From assembly GCA_965287045.1 (NCBI GenBank), contig OZ336881.1:46252001-46316000 (forward strand): a stretch of 64,000 nucleotides of DNA. The letters run 5' to 3'. Of the stretch, positions 50,470 through 62,902 are shown piece after piece. This stretch comes from Carcharhinus amblyrhynchos (lineage: Eukaryota). Each line of letters begins with the position of its first letter. Position 1 is the stretch's first letter. Made by a program: the position numbers and the translations under genes. Under the pieces are notes generated by a model. The model was given only the letters and a program-made list of their open reading frames with translations, had not been told where the DNA came from and ran no database searches.

Positions 50470-51912
50470 GCTGTTCAATTTCATCAATTACTGTAAATGA
50501 ATGCTCCTGAATATAGCACGCTGAAGAGTCTACTATGGCATAATCCCTGAGCCACTGAGCTACAACTCAGGAAATCTGCTGATAATTTTTTCAAACATCA
50601 CTGACCAGCAATCAATACTCCATTATAAGTGAAGCAAGAACAGAACACACCTGAGGAAACAGACCTAAGAGATGTCCAACTCCCAAGACACATAAGATTC
50701 AAAGAACAACCTTGGTCAAGTCAACCTGACTAGGACACACCAGTGCCAAGACATGCTCTTAAAATAAGGCTCTTGGCAGAGTTTCTGACATGGGCAGGGG
50801 AGAAATTGACTATCTCCTGACCTAAAGCATAGAAAGTCATCCTTGTAACAATGAGTTTGGCATAACTATATCCTGGTTGCAGTTAAAGTTAAGAGACTAA
50901 AGCTCTATCAGAGAAGTTCTAGACTATGTTCATTACCATGAAAGGATAAAAACATGTGCATACAATTAATTTTTTTAACAAATTAAAATTAAGCAGCTGA
51001 GATACACTATAAGGAAAGAAATAAAGGCCCATTAATCTGTAAAACTGACATTAAACTCTGGCAGTTAAACGTGAAAATGCAGAAATTTCTAATACTCTGC
51101 AGGGTACTGCTCCACTGCAGAGTATGCTGCTGAATTCCCTGCAGATAACAATTTTTACAAGCCACTGAACTGATGAGAACTTCCCTCTTACATTGTTAAG
51201 AAAATCCCTGAAAAAAGTGTACTTCCTAAGTGAGGTTTAAAGTTGTAACCACTGCTAAACAACCTCTCTGTCCCTGATAAACTAATTTCATATTGGTGTA
51301 ATGTCTGATATTTCCATTAAAATAAAAAATATGACTTTAACACATTTTTTAAGTCTGTTTGTGATATTTCAGTTTTTAATGTACATGTCCCAATGTTTAT
51401 CTTGCTGTGTGTAAAATTTATATAAAAAAGATAATCTGTGTACTTTATTTCCTGGTTTACCTTCGATGAGAATTCATCAATGTGGTTGGCTGTTTACCCT
51501 GCCTGATGACATCACTGTTGCTGGGCAGCTGGAGATCCCATTGAGCTGACATTAAATTCAAATTAGCATTAGGAAAAGTGAAATCCATAGAAATCACTAG
51601 ATCCTTGTGGGTAACTTTCTTCACGGTCGGCAATGAGGAATGTCACTTTGCTGTTGATCGCAAAATCTGGGCCAATGGGACTTGGTTTGTAAACTGCAAT
51701 TCCGAATTTCGTATTATAGAGTTGCAATCTAGGGCATGAAGTTACTGCCGAGGGTGTAAGCACTGGGAGTGTCACAAGTGCAGAGCAGCAATGTATTATG
51801 AGAAAGGAAGAGAAACAAAGTGCCACTAGTTTGAAGTCCCTCCAAACAGCCAGACATCAAACCTTGGGGCCAACCCTAAATCTAGATCCATGAAACTGTG
51901 TATACTGGTATT

Positions 51913-52228
51913 GAGTACACAGCAGCACAGTGGTTAGCACTGCTACATCACTGTTTCAGGGACCTGGGTCTGATTCTGGCCTTGAGTATCTGTCTGTGTA
52001 GACTTTGCACATTCTCCCCATGTCTGTGTGGGTTTTTGCCAAGTGCTCTGGTTTCCTCCCATTATCCAAATAGTTTAGATGAATTGGCCATGGTAAATTG
52101 CTCCTCCGTTTTTCTGAGTGTGTGCCCTGAGATGGTCTGGCAGCCTGTCCTAGATGTCTCCTGCCTCGTGCCCAGTATCTGTTGGGATAGACTCCAACAC
52201 AACCCTGAATTGGAGTCAGTTGTTAAGT
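51913..52228 (+). mobile_element. V-SINE with a third tail type
   Basis: cacagtggttagcactgct head and V-domain. Tail gtgtgtgccctgagatggtctggcagcctgtcctagatgtctcctgcctcgtgccc...tgggatagactcca. Confidence 0.8.
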
Positions 52229-53501
52229 GAAAGTGAATTATTTGATACACAGATTGTTGAAATCTGAAACTCTGCCTTTCTATAAATGGAGCAAAAAATA
52301 TCGGATAATGATGTTCATACATGTGTTTTTATAAACACTATCCGCTAAACAAGTGTCATGAAATTCCTGGATGATTCAACATTCATCACAAGATGCAATA
52401 ACATCCCCATTGAAAACACCATCCAATGGCAGCTCAAATATGCCACATGTTGTCATTTAATAGTGAAGGTAATAGGACTGCAAAAGACAATCCTTGTATG
52501 CAACTCATAACAAACTTGCTGACATTTTAATTTATTATTTAGCACTTTTTGTATCCTATATCAGAGGTATAAATATTGCAAAATTATTTTTATTCTGCTT
52601 CTCTAATGTTATCAAGCTAATGAATTCATACAAGCTTCAAGACCACTTACAGGTTCCATTTGTTTAATTGCAGTGGCTTGCTAAAGCACATCAGTTTCGA
52701 ACTTCTCATTTTTTAATTGTGAGATTTATTATGGTTCCCTTCAGGATGAAATTAATTAATTAAACATCATGGCATATCTGTAGAATTGACTTTCTTGGAG
52801 AGGGCAATAGCTGGAATACCCCAAAATTATTTTGCTGGTGACTAGAAGTTATCATGGCTTTTTCAATTCTCACAGGGCCGCACCGAAAACCAACATGAAC
52901 CTTTTTATTGGCAGGGATTCTGGCATTAGTCAGCCCGAAGGCTTTGGAATTTGTTTCAGGGAGAGTACAAGCTGAGTGATCATACTGACAGTTCAATTAA
53001 CAAATTAGTTAGGCAAACGACATGTAAATAGAGCAGAATACGTAATGGACCCTCAGTGCTACAACCCAAGACCAATATCACCGTAATAGTTTTAGGTGTC
53101 TTGGAAATCATGCACTCAACCAAGGCTATGAACCAAGGTGCTAGAAAATGAGATTAGGTTAGATCAGTGTGAGCGTAAACACAATGCTATAAAACTCTAT
53201 GACAATGCAATGGGAGAATGGTAAACACACTTGATTAACACAGGTTTTTCAGGCCTAGACCCACATTAGGCATAAGGCCCAGCTTCAAGGGAATTCTGGA
53301 AATCCTGGGGCTTTTTATGATTTTGGGATATCTATGGACAGAAGTGTAGAAACATAGGGTAGGATTTTATGGTTGCGCCTGCCCTGAGACTAGAAATTCC
53401 TGTCCGAGGTCAACAGACTTTTCAATGATCTGTCAAATTTACCTCCCCTCCCATGATTCCCACAGGGAGCAAGACCGGAGAATGTTTTTAGTTAAAATCC
53501 T

Positions 53502-53745
53502 ACTATGGAAGCTGGTGGAATTTAATTTCAGTCAATAAAATTTGGAATTGAAACCATTATAAAACCCCACCCAGTTCACTGATGTCCTTTAGGAATGGTT
53601 CGATCTACGTGTAATTCCGGACCCACATCAATGTGGTTGATTCTTAGCTGCCCTCTGAAATTGTCCAGCAAACCACTTAGTTCAAGGCAATTAAGGATGA
53701 GCAACAAATGCTGGCCTTTCCAGCAATGTCCACATCTTCCGAAAG
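53502..53745 (+). mobile_element. Partial SacSINE1-like SINE
   Basis: ccagttcactgatgtcctttagga...atgtggttgattctta...ttcaaggcaattaaggatgagcaacaaatgctggcc. Confidence 0.8.
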
Positions 53746-54424
53746 AATTATCTGGATGGTAATGAATAGTCATTGTACCAGTTAAGGCTAAATTTAGAAT
53801 ATTCTGCCTAGCTGCTGCGCAAATGTTGTCAACAGTACAGTAAACTGGTTGCATGTGTTATTTCATTCAAATAATCATTCATACTGTCTACACACATTTG
53901 ATTTCATGTTGAAAGTCAGCCTAACAGGAATCTGCAATATCTGGCCAATAGCTCAAATTTAATGTGTTGTGTAGACTTAAATTTGTGTATAGAGGTTGTA
54001 TGTAGAGGCAAATGTTGTTTAGCTTAACACTTCAGAAGTAATGTTTTCTATATGTTTGTTTTGCCAAGGCAGGGGTAGAAGTGGTGTCAGGCAAAAATTA
54101 ATTTGAGAAATTTGTGGGCAAATAATAGTGGTACAGCAACCAGTGGTTGGCAGACTGGATGTGAGCAGTGTTGCCTGGGTTGGTAATGAGCACCTTCCCT
54201 GAAGGACAGCAGTGCTCCATTGCTAGCAGCAGGTGGTGATGAGACTCAGGTTGTGCATACTATCTCTCGTACTTAAAATCCAATGCCGAAAATGAGGGCG
54301 TCCTTTAAGGAATTGAACAAAATAAGACTACCCAAGGTCACATGCCATAAAGTGCTGCCTTTTAATATGTTTGAAAGTTACTGCTCGTTTGTGTAAATCT
54401 CTCATACAATCTTATAGACAGTAA

Positions 54425-54595
54425 TAGAACTATAGAATGGTTACAGCTCAGAGGGAGGATGTTTGGCCTGTCATGTCAATGCTGATCTTGCTAAGGAGCA
54501 ATTCAACTGGTGCCACCCCCTCACCTTCTCTTCATAGCCATGCACATTCTTGTATTTCAGATAATTGTCCAGTTCCCTCTTGAATGCCTTGAAGC
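54425..54595 (-). mobile_element. CR1 3' tail fragment
   Basis: atagaactatagaatggttacagctcagagggaggatgtttggcc. Confidence 0.7.
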
Positions 54596-54637
54596 TTTCT
54601 TCACATCTCATGCCTAACCACACTTCTAATGATGTTT

Positions 54638-54938
54638 GCAGCATGGTGGCACAGTGGTTGGCACTGCTACCTCACAGCACCAGGGACCCAGGTTCGATTC
54701 CCAGCTTGGGTTGCTGTCTGTGTGGAGTTTGCATGTTCTCTCTGTGTCTGCAAGGGTCCTCTCTGGGTGCTCCGGTTTCCTCCCCTAGTCCAAAAGATGT
54801 GCTGGTTAGATGCTAAATTTTTCCTCAGTGTACCTGAACAGGTGCCGCAGTGTGGCATCTGGGGGATTTTCACAGTAACTTCATTGCAGTGTTAATGTGA
54901 GCCTACTTGTGACACTGATAAATAAACTTTAAACTTTA
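54638..54938 (+). mobile_element. V-SINE (second tail type)
   Basis: gcagcatggtggcacagtggttggcactgct...ggttcgattccc, and tail cagtaacttcattgcagtgttaatgtgagcctacttgtgacactgataaataaactttaaacttt. Confidence 0.9.
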
Positions 54939-56807
54939 AGTTCAAAGTGCAACATGCAAGTTAAGGATTCACTACATTCCTACCTTTCAAGGGGATTCTA
55001 GTTCAACTTATTGCAGCACAACCCATGTTGTGTCATTTATTGGCTCCCAGGTTAACCTGCAGATAAATTATACCATGGGACAGATTTCACCGGCCCTCTC
55101 TGATTAGGCTGGAAAGCCAGGGTGTCTGTAAAACAGTGAGGGAAAATGGGATGTGGATTTCCCATGGCCTTCCTGCAGCCATTTAGTGATGGAGGATGGT
55201 CTTTTTGCCCAAACTCAATTGTGCCATTTAAGCAGCTAAGCAAGGGCCTCTTCCTACGGCAGCTGGTATGTTACAAATGGTGGTTGGGCTCTTTGCTGCA
55301 TGGGGAGTTTGCCTGGTGAACTGTGGAGGCCATCCTTCAGGCTGGAAGCAGAACCTAATTGGCCCTTGGAAGGCTGCTCTAGTGGAAATGGCCAGGTCCA
55401 TGGCAACAACGTCTGCCTCACATTCCCCTCACTAATGTTTCTCTCTGCCAATGCCTGCTTGGCTGGCTGTCAATGGCAAAGGCAGATATCTTCTAATATG
55501 TCCAAGTACCAGCTCGATTTCTATAAATCTCAAAGTTAAGAGCCAGCATAAATTTAAGTCTCTTCCATGTTGTCAGCATGCAGTGATTCTGAACAATGGT
55601 CCACAACCATCTTCTCAAGGACAGCTAGCAATTGGAAATAAATGCTGGTCTTGCCTCTACCCCAGGAATTAATTTTTTTAAACCTCACAAAGCCCACAGC
55701 TCTGAAAATCAATACTGCACAGAGTAGGTGCACTCCTGGTATTTTCTGCCCACCCCTCCTCAACCTGTTAGACACACAAGTGATTATTCCATTATGAAAT
55801 GACCCCTTGTATTAGGTGCCATTTAAGCTGCATTAAAATAAACAACTCAAAGGGAATAGCATCTTAACAAATATTCACGCTATTTATGTTTGTGGACTTA
55901 TTCTGCCCGTTAAAAAGTCTACTATGCAGATTAGTCTGCACTGGAATGAAATATTTTACTAATCAACTCAAGATGGATTCTCAGTCCACTTAATTTCTTT
56001 GCAATTGATTGAAAATATTTGCTGGGCTTTCTTTTCCTGAAAATGATATTTCATATCAGCCAAATACCATAATGAGTCCTATCACTATCAACTACAGCAT
56101 TCTTCAGATCTTGTAATTCAATAATAGAATCCTTTCAATATAATAAATCTTTGTAAAGTATCAAGTAGAACATCTGCTGTGGTGCAGGGTTCCCCTGGCA
56201 GCCAACTTGGTGACATTATTGTCTGATTTGCAGAGTATCCTTTGCCAGTAACTGAGGCAAGATGAAAAAATTCCTGCTGAGTGAACAGGGCTCTTTAGGA
56301 AAAATATTACCTTTAATAGCATTGCGTTAATTTATAAGCTAACCTTAGCACAGCAGCCAGATTCCCATTAGATTGTCGTTGAAGACTAAATTTGCTTTAC
56401 ATTTGTTGCTGTGAGAACAATGTCTGGATGATGAATGTAATTAGGCAATAAGCACCAGCCCATAATCCCTGTGTCAGTCCTTGTGTGATACTTATATTTG
56501 TTTCATCAACCGCCTTTGACTTTGACAGAAAGACTTGCAAACAGAAGAACAATCCCAGGTCATTACAAAGGTGTACAATAAAGAAGGCAAGTCTCAGAGA
56601 GTGATGAGAGAAAAAAACTGATGCTGGGAGTACAGAATGTATCAGCCAAAATCTCAAGGACAAAAATATTTTGGACAAAACTCTTCTTGTTCAGAAAATC
56701 AGTTTTCTTTTTCCTTCTACCTGTTGATTGCCAAGTTGTCTGTTTCCAATCGGCTTTATTTTTATTTTGGGTTTCTAGTATTCACTGTCTAATCCTGATA
56801 AACATTG

Positions 56808-58630
56808 AGCATAGGAAATGTAGGAAATAGGAGCAGGCATAGGCCATTTAGCCCCCTGATCATTTTGCACTTTCAACTAGATCATCACTGCTTTTCTATC
56901 TCAATATCTGCATAATCCTCATTTCCTTTGATGTCTTTAATATCTAGAAGTCAGTTGATCACTGTCAATGACTGAAGATCCATAGCCCTCTGGGATAAAG
57001 AATTCTAAAAATTTACCACTGTCAGAACGAAGGAATAGGACATTTAGGACTGACATGAGGCAGAACTTCTTCATTCTGAGAGTGGGTTCTCTGGTTCTAG
57101 ACGGCCTCCACCCACCAGCCAGGGAAAACATCCTTCCTGCAGCTACTCTAATGAGCCCTGTAAGAATTTTGTAACTTTCTATGTGATCACATTTCTTTCT
57201 AAACTCTGGAGAAAGAATCATAGAATTTTACAGCACAGAAGGAGGCTATTTGGCCCGACACATCTGCACTGGCTCCTGAAACAGCTACCCAGCAAGTCCC
57301 ATTGTCCAACCCATCTCTGTAACCACCTAAAATCATCACTTTCAAATATGTATCAGCTCTCTTTTGATCCCTCCTATGGAATCCACCTCCATCACTCTCC
57401 CAGGCTGTGCTTTCCAAATCTCAACAACTCTCTGAGCAATGAAATTTCTCATCTCTCTCCTAGCTCTCTTTTGAAATTGTGACCTTGAGTCACTGACATA
57501 TCAACTCATGGAAAAAGAATATCTTTATTTACCCTGTCAAACTTGTTCATCTCTTAATCTTCTCTGCTCCAAGGAGGATAAGCCCAGTTTACCTAATCCT
57601 TCCTTGTATCTGAAATTCCTCATTCCTGATATCATTCTGGCAAATCTCATTTACACTCTCTCTATGGCTTTAACATCCTCACTTAAATAATCTGCCTAGA
57701 ATTGAACACAATATTCCAAATATAGTCTGACCAAAGATTTGTAGAGGTGTAGCCTCAATCCTTTGCTTTTAGACTCTGTTCTTCCATTTATAAACCCAAG
57801 GATCCTATGAACTTTCTTAACAATTGTTTCAACTTGCCTGGCCACCTTCGGAGAATTACACACTTGAGCACCAAGGTTCCTCAGCTCCTGTACTCCCCTC
57901 AAAGTTGTGCCATTGTGCGTCTTTGCATCATCCCCGCATCTCACATTCCCACTTAGTTTTGTGTCATCAGCAAACTTAGAAATATTACATTTGGTTCCTT
58001 TATCCAAATCACTGATATAGATCGTGGATAACTGGGGCCCAAGTACTCAATTTTGCAGTCCCTCTCAGCCTGCCAGCCTGAGAATGACCAGTTTATTCCT
58101 ACTCACTGTTTTTTGTCCATTAACCAATTCTCAATCAATGCTATTATGTCAATCTCATCTGCCTTAATTTTGTTCACTGACCTCTTGTGTGGGACTTTAT
58201 CGATAGCCTTCTGAAAATCCAAATGCATTCATTAATTCCTCTTTTTCATTTTGCTAGTTGCATCCTCAAAAGTCTCCAAGTTTGTTAAAAAAAAATTTCT
58301 CTTTTCTAAATTGATGTTGACTGTATCCAATCCTATTGTTATTTTCTAAGCATTTTGTTACCACATTCTTTAAGATAGATTCATGCAATTTCCCTACGAC
58401 TGATATCAGGCTAACAAGTCAATAGTTCCGGTGCTCACCCCAAAACCGGAAAGTCCTGCTCGAGGTCAACGGACCTTTCATTTATGATTCCCGTGGCATT
58501 GGAATGGGAAAAATCCCCCATTAGTCTTTTCTTAAATATTGGTGTTACTTTTCCTAACTTCCAATCTTTCTGAACCATTCCAGATTATAGGATTTTGGAA
58601 GATGACCACCAATCCATACATCATCTCTCT
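56808..58630 (-). mobile_element. Composite of degraded CR1 LINEs (second 3' end at about 57213, MITE at about 58420-58520)
   Basis: Tails cataggaaatgtaggaaataggagcagg (56810) and agaatcatagaattttacagcacagaagg (57213). ORF 57696-58007 contains ISKFADDTKL and LYKSLVRLYLEYCVQF. Confidence 0.88.
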
Positions 58631-59811
58631 TCACCAAGAAATGTTAGTTTTAAGATGACAGTTGTCAGACAGTTGTGGATTTCTGTATACCTCAAATGTA
58701 GCAGAAAATGTTGCTACCTATTAATATAGAAATTCAAACTGAATAAAACTGACAAATTGTTTGAAAAGAAACATATTCTTTTGAGTTTATGAATGTTAAA
58801 ATGGGTCATTGAGAGACATGTGATTTTAAGTTTGTATTTAATTGCCCCATTTGAATTAGGAATTCTACGCAATACGAAATATGATTTAGTTCACCAGAAT
58901 TAGTGAGTTATGATTTGGGAGGGTTTGCCTGGGTTAAGTAATTATTTACCTGGAATTGATTTCAGAGAAGTAATCCTTTCTCATTCTTCCTGACTGACCA
59001 GGACAGCTGCATTTACATACTCATATACACTCATTTTTGTTTGATGGAGTCAGGAAAACATGTTCCATGAATTTCATCTCCATGGGGGCATCCGCTGAAA
59101 ATTTGCACTTCAGCAATAACACTGATGCAGTGCAACTTACTTTGCTGCTTTTAAAAATTCAGTCATTCTGTCACTGCATTGCACATCAGGAATTCAGCTC
59201 TCAGGAAAAACTCAAATTATTTGGAAAATGGTGTACATGTAAAGAAGCCTCCTGTCTTTGTTTTTATATTGCCATTATAAATTCCTCTGTGTGCATTTCT
59301 ATTGTGAATTCACTATCTGATACTGTATGTATATCCTCAGCCAGTGATGATGTTACAGCTGCTCTGACTATGTGAAGAAGGGTAAAATGAATCCTCTATT
59401 CTTCCATTGCAAGTTTGACCATTGTGAGGTTTCTTGGTGAATTTGGAGAGAATGTGCTTTGCCAATTGGTAAAAATCGCACTATTTTCAGACTGTAAAGA
59501 ATTAGTCAGACGGGTTTTCTTAGGTTAGGTAAAGGACAAGACAAGTTTATTGGAGCTATTTCCCAAATTTACAAAAAAAACCTAGCTAAATCACAATTAC
59601 CATTCATATGTCGCACACATTCACCCGGGCCCACACATGCACACCAGTATAAATGGCAGCATGACAGGATAGGTTTGAGGATTTCTTACAGTTTGTGAAA
59701 GAAAATAAAACAAAAGGGGTAAATGGTTCACTCTTCCTTGGCTGGTCTTGGTGTAGCGATTCCACGTTGCGGTAATTTTGTTCAGTTGTCTTCCTGCCTA
59801 TAGTTGTTTGG

Positions 59812-60131
59812 TGTGGAGATGCCAGCATTGGACTGAGGTAAACACAGGAAGAAGTCTCACAAATAGGGCATATAAATTCACAAACTCAATTTACAAAATA
59901 ACGGTTGGAATGCAAGTCTTTACAGGTAATCAGGTCTTAAGGTTACAGACACTGTGAGTTGGGAGAGGGTTAACCACAGGTTAAAGAGATGTGTATTGTC
60001 CCCAGCTAGGACAGTTAACTGTGAACAGAACTCCCACTTACCTGATGAAGGGACAGCGCTCCGAAAGCTAGTGGCTTGTGCTACCAAATAAACCTATTGG
60101 ACTTTAACCTGGTGTTGTGAGACTTCTTACT
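59812..60131. mobile_element. Penelope-like element (family 1) inverted insertion with TSD
   Basis: Starts with the reversed tail tgtggagatgccagcattggactgaggtaaacacagg and ends ...ggtgttgtgagacttcttact. TSD ctatagttgt(t/a)tgg at 59798-59811 and 60130-60143. Confidence 0.85.
60039..60073 (+). ncRNA. Minimal hammerhead ribozyme motif (PLE-associated)
   Basis: UAC-CUGAUGA-agggacagcgcucc-GAAA-GC-UA-GUG: core intact, stem II weakened. Confidence 0.65.
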
Positions 60132-61129
60132 ATAGTTGTATGGAGTAGATGACCTCATTTCATTCCCAAAAGGTCTTTGTTTGCAGTAGATTTCTATTCT
60201 CAGGATGGTCACTTTGTAAATCCAGGCACAATATTTCCAAAGGAGAGACAGAGAGGGCACACAGCTTCAGCAGCCTGTTTCAGCCTGGATAGCATTTTTT
60301 TAAAAAAATCTTTCTCCTGCTTGGTAAGCAGTCCCTCAAAGTACTCTTCCAGCTATACATTCCAGAGAAATTCTATTCATCTATTTCTGCTGCACTTATT
60401 GTTTCCGAACAGGTAATTGCATTTTAAAGTCAAATCTCCAATGTTTGAAAGGTTGCAGGATATTGTGAAGGCAACAGGAGATGGGGTATTTCACTATCCC
60501 CAAGGGGCTTAGTGCATTTTCGTTTCATCCCACTTGGTGGAATGTGACTGTGTATTGCAGCAGTCTGAGCAATTGTCTTTAGAGAGTTCCAGTTTTTCTT
60601 AAAAACCCAGCCAGGGCAAGGAAATATAGAAATTGTAACTTTCTAAAAAAAACACATCCTCGTAACACAGTGCCACTGCAAGGAATATTTAATTTCAATA
60701 TGACAAGACTACAAACACAATTCTATTCTAAATATAGACATTTGTTGCACCTGTGGCCAGGTATGCCGGATCACCAAACACAGGAAAATTATTGGGTTCA
60801 CATTATTATTGGAGAGAAAATGTATTAATGGCAGAAAATTGAGTTAGAAACTTTATTTATTGATATTTATTGCGCTATGTGCATCTTGGGACAAACCCAG
60901 GAAGATCCCACCTAAAATATTATAATGGAAATAGGACATAGGAAATCCAAACAGATATAAGATTTGTGATATATTGGGAGTTAGGTAATAATCTCAGATT
61001 AAACAAATGTAAACTACCAATGTTAATAAATTAATAATTTAATTATCATTTTGATATATATAATTTTGCTGCCAATTGCATACTTGTGCATAATGACAAC
61101 GCCACTATCTTTCATTTAGAGACAAGGGA

Positions 61130-62560
61130 CCAGATTTCCAAAGCAGGGGTCAAATGTCAGCAAAAACTGCCAAGCCTGGTTGTGAATAAGACACTGAGAC
61201 CAGGATACTTTCTTTGTTAGAGTTTTAAAAAAAAATTTAATCAATCCCTTAAGTAACAAAGCTAATACACAGGTTGGATCAGGCAAGCCTGAATCCATCT
61301 CCTTGCTTGTTCCAAAAAACAAATTCAAATTGAATCTAATTCTTGCTCCCCACAACAGAGACAAGCAAGGTCCAAGCTGACAAGAAAAGGCATTGTATCT
61401 GATCTTGGACTTGATCTGAAGCTTGATCTTAGCCAAAAGGCCACAGAGTTTGCTTCTTCACTCTGACACAATTCTCTGCCACTGCTGGCTGACCCGTCTT
61501 TATATACACATTTGAGTATAATTAACTAATCAATATACAACATCTGTTCACTTTATTACCCTAAACTCCAATGTATTCAACATCCATCAACAGAACCTAT
61601 TAGATACTAACATCAGGAAACTGATTCTTTGATGATTTCCACGTCTTGTCTCCACATCCCAACTGTATCACACATGCAGAACTATTTTTAAATGTAAATG
61701 CCCTAATTGGGTAAAAGGTGAACTCTGTGCCCAATGAGTGGTGCTGAGTGCTGTAAGAAGGCAGGAACTGCCTGCTTAGCACCAGTGGCAAAGACAGGTT
61801 GCAGCCATGTTGGGGCCTGCTGCTGCCTTGTCAAAGAGAGCAGGCAGCTTGTCAGAGGGCCCACTGGATAAAGGAATGAAATGGAGAGCAACTGGACAAA
61901 ACTGAGGCACTGTGCATGTAGGATACCAGATGATTTGTGCATCAAAATCCTTTTCCATTGCCCTGTAGTGAACTGGACAGCAGTACTATGATATGCACCA
62001 AACAGTTCAGCTTGCCAAAAATGCCCTTAACATACTTTTAAAACTTCCTAAGGAGCTTAGTGGGTGATTATTTGGAGGCAAGCAGGTTTCCCATTCTCCC
62101 TGTACCCTTGCCAGCTTTTAGGAAAGAAGACTGTCCCAGAGGTGGCCTCGAGACTGTGAATTTTAAATTAAGCCCAGACCTTGGTCCTGACCTCAGATGG
62201 CACCCAGTCATATCCATCAAAAGATACTTGAGAAGAGGATTTCCTCTGGTTATTGGAATTTGTAAAGTTATGATGGTATGCATTATTATGAATGTTGCTG
62301 CATGTGAAATGTTCTGTCCTCGTTCAGTTGATTCCTCCTTTTCAGGGGAAGAGATGCACATATCACCCCTTTGTTACTTGTCACGTGGAACTATGGACAG
62401 ACAACTGAAAAATTTGGCATACATTGTTGGAATGGCTTAGTGAAGTCTTTACGATGTTCTGACCTTTCCATTAATGGAAGGAACCATGTATTTTGTACAA
62501 TTATGTCAGTGAGCCTTCAGATGATAATCGAGCTGTAACATCCTTTGTGAAGCAAAGGTA
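61130..62560 (-). mobile_element. Possible degraded LTR-retrotransposon remnant (integrase end plus LTR-like DNA)
   Basis: Weak minus-strand traces PSINGK (like HP.SNG.AE) and DWVPSEVRT (like KW.PG.V..RTGP). No ORF. Confidence 0.3.
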
Positions 62561-62598
62561 TGAAAGATAGGCCTGCACTGTGGGAAGAAAGATGTTTT

Positions 62599-62902
62599 TA
62601 AAGCTTATTTATTAATGTCACAAGTAGGCCCACATTAACACTGCAATGAAGTTACTGTGAAAATATCCTAGTGGCCACACTCTGGCGTCTGTTCAGGTAC
62701 ACTGAGGGAGAATTTTAGCATGGCCAATGCACCTAACTAGGACATCTTTTGGACTGTGGGAGGAAACCAGGGCACCTGCAGGAAACCCATGCAGACACAG
62801 GAAGAACGTGCAGACTTCGCACAGATAGTCAACCAAACTGGGAATTGAACCCAGGTCCCCAGCACTGTGAGGCAGCAGTGCTTGCCACTGTGCCACCCTG
62901 CA
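62599..62902 (-). mobile_element. V-SINE (second tail type)
   Basis: Reverse head gggaattgaacccaggtccccagcactgtgaggcagcagtgcttgccactgtgccacc, and tail gtcacaagtaggcccacattaacactgcaatgaagttactgtg. Confidence 0.9.

Noticed and set aside
51092-51125. Perfect 11-bp hairpin atactctgcag/ctgcagagtat
   Set aside because: Short, isolated and within repeat-like DNA, so no functional inference is possible.
52878-52976. Good acceptor followed by a short open frame (AAPKTNMNLFIGRDSG...)
   Set aside because: No donor before the stop, and the peptide is unrecognised.
59344-59420. C/D snoRNA-like boxes (GTGATGA, CTGA)
   Set aside because: No canonical terminal D box or terminal stem.
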